Origin: Myxococcales bacterium
Lineage (GTDB): Bacteria; Myxococcota_A; Bradymonadia; UBA7976; UBA1532
Reading direction: 5' to 3'
Length of the DNA stretch: 64,000 nt
NCBI GenBank assembly: GCA_020633465.1
Contig: JACKDN010000004.1
Location: 130,290-194,289, forward strand
Shown piece by piece: positions 63,654 through 64,000 of the stretch. The notes beneath the pieces are model-generated. The model saw only the letters and a program-made list of their open reading frames with translations, was not told where the DNA came from and did not search any database. Position 1 is the stretch's first letter. Each line of letters opens with the position of its first letter. The position numbers were made by a program, and so were the translations under genes.

Positions 63654-64000
63654 CTACCGCCGCTTCAGCGCGATGCCCAGGTCGTCGTCGTCGTTGATGT
63701 CGCGGCCCAGGTCGAGGCGGTGGAAGCGACCGTCGCCCAGGCTCTGGGCGCAGCGGCGGGGGACGAGGATGCGGCCGACGCGCACGCTCTCTTCGCCGGG
63801 GCACTGCGGGGTCCACTGCTCGGCGCCGTCGGCGGGGCCCTGGCTGTTGGGGGCCCAGGCGATGTGCACCGCGACGCTCTGGGCGAAGGCCGCCGCGCGG
63901 ACGGGATCGGCGGCGTCGCGGCAGACGAAGGCGATGCCCAGGTCGTCGTTCTCGTCGACGTCGCCGCCCAGCGTCATGGCGCGGAAGCGGCCGTCGAAGC
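63654..64000 (-). CDS. hypothetical protein with internal repeat (partial; N-terminus beyond the right edge)
   Basis: Stop at 63654. The module DGRF(R/H)...(T/D)LG(G/R)D(V/I)(D/N)(E/D)(N/D)DDLGIA(F/L) occurs twice within the visible 115 aa. No family recognised. Confidence 0.4.
   Translation of the reverse strand, partial: FDGRFRAMTLGGDVDENDDLGIAFVCRDAADPVRAAAFAQSVAVHIAWAPNSQGPADGAEQWTPQCPGEESVRVGRILVPRRCAQSLGDGRFHRLDLGRDINDDDDLGIALKRR

Overview
Very GC-rich chromosomal segment, roughly 70% GC by eye. It has the hallmarks of a myxobacterium (Myxococcota): a eukaryote-like Ser/Thr kinase, many lipoproteins with an xxGC lipobox, Cys-rich secreted proteins that include a CGNGVVEAGEECDDGN 'myxococcus cysteine-rich repeat'-type module, an ECF sigma/anti-sigma pair, and frequent 4-nt start/stop overlaps (ATGA/GTGA/TTGA). 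I support about 60 protein-coding genes. I could not recognise any rRNA, tRNA or CRISPR array. Most of the very long ORFs in the six-frame track are high-GC artefacts; real frames were chosen by amino-acid composition, third-position GC, motifs and RBS/signal-peptide logic.

Main points of interest:
1. A tightly coupled operon at 48.5-54.5 kb: PflX-type radical SAM, a 49-aa ORF or C-terminal extension, a Ycf46-like AAA+ ATPase, a DUF1257-like protein, a TPR protein, DUF2997, a zinc-ribbon/TM/degenerate S26-like protein, and a PilT-like ATPase. I cannot assign it to any described system.
2. A possible conflict/defence neighbourhood at 55-63.6 kb: HEAT+ParB-like protein coupled to an EEP nuclease; a SIR2_2 protein with a receiver-like C-terminal domain, translationally coupled to HrpB; and a convergent DUF262/DUF1524 (GmrSD-like) gene.
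3. A 165-bp MITE-like element with 16-bp terminal inverted repeats that interrupts an Rpn/PD-(D/E)XK-like gene. Removing it restores the reading frame.
4. An in-frame fusion of a ketopantoate-reductase-like domain with a Toprim-less GyrB ATPase/transducer domain.
5. At least five genes whose coding frame switches near short G/C runs or GC-rich low-complexity tracts. These are either assembly indels or genuine frameshifts.

All family assignments come from motif recognition by eye, not from database searches.
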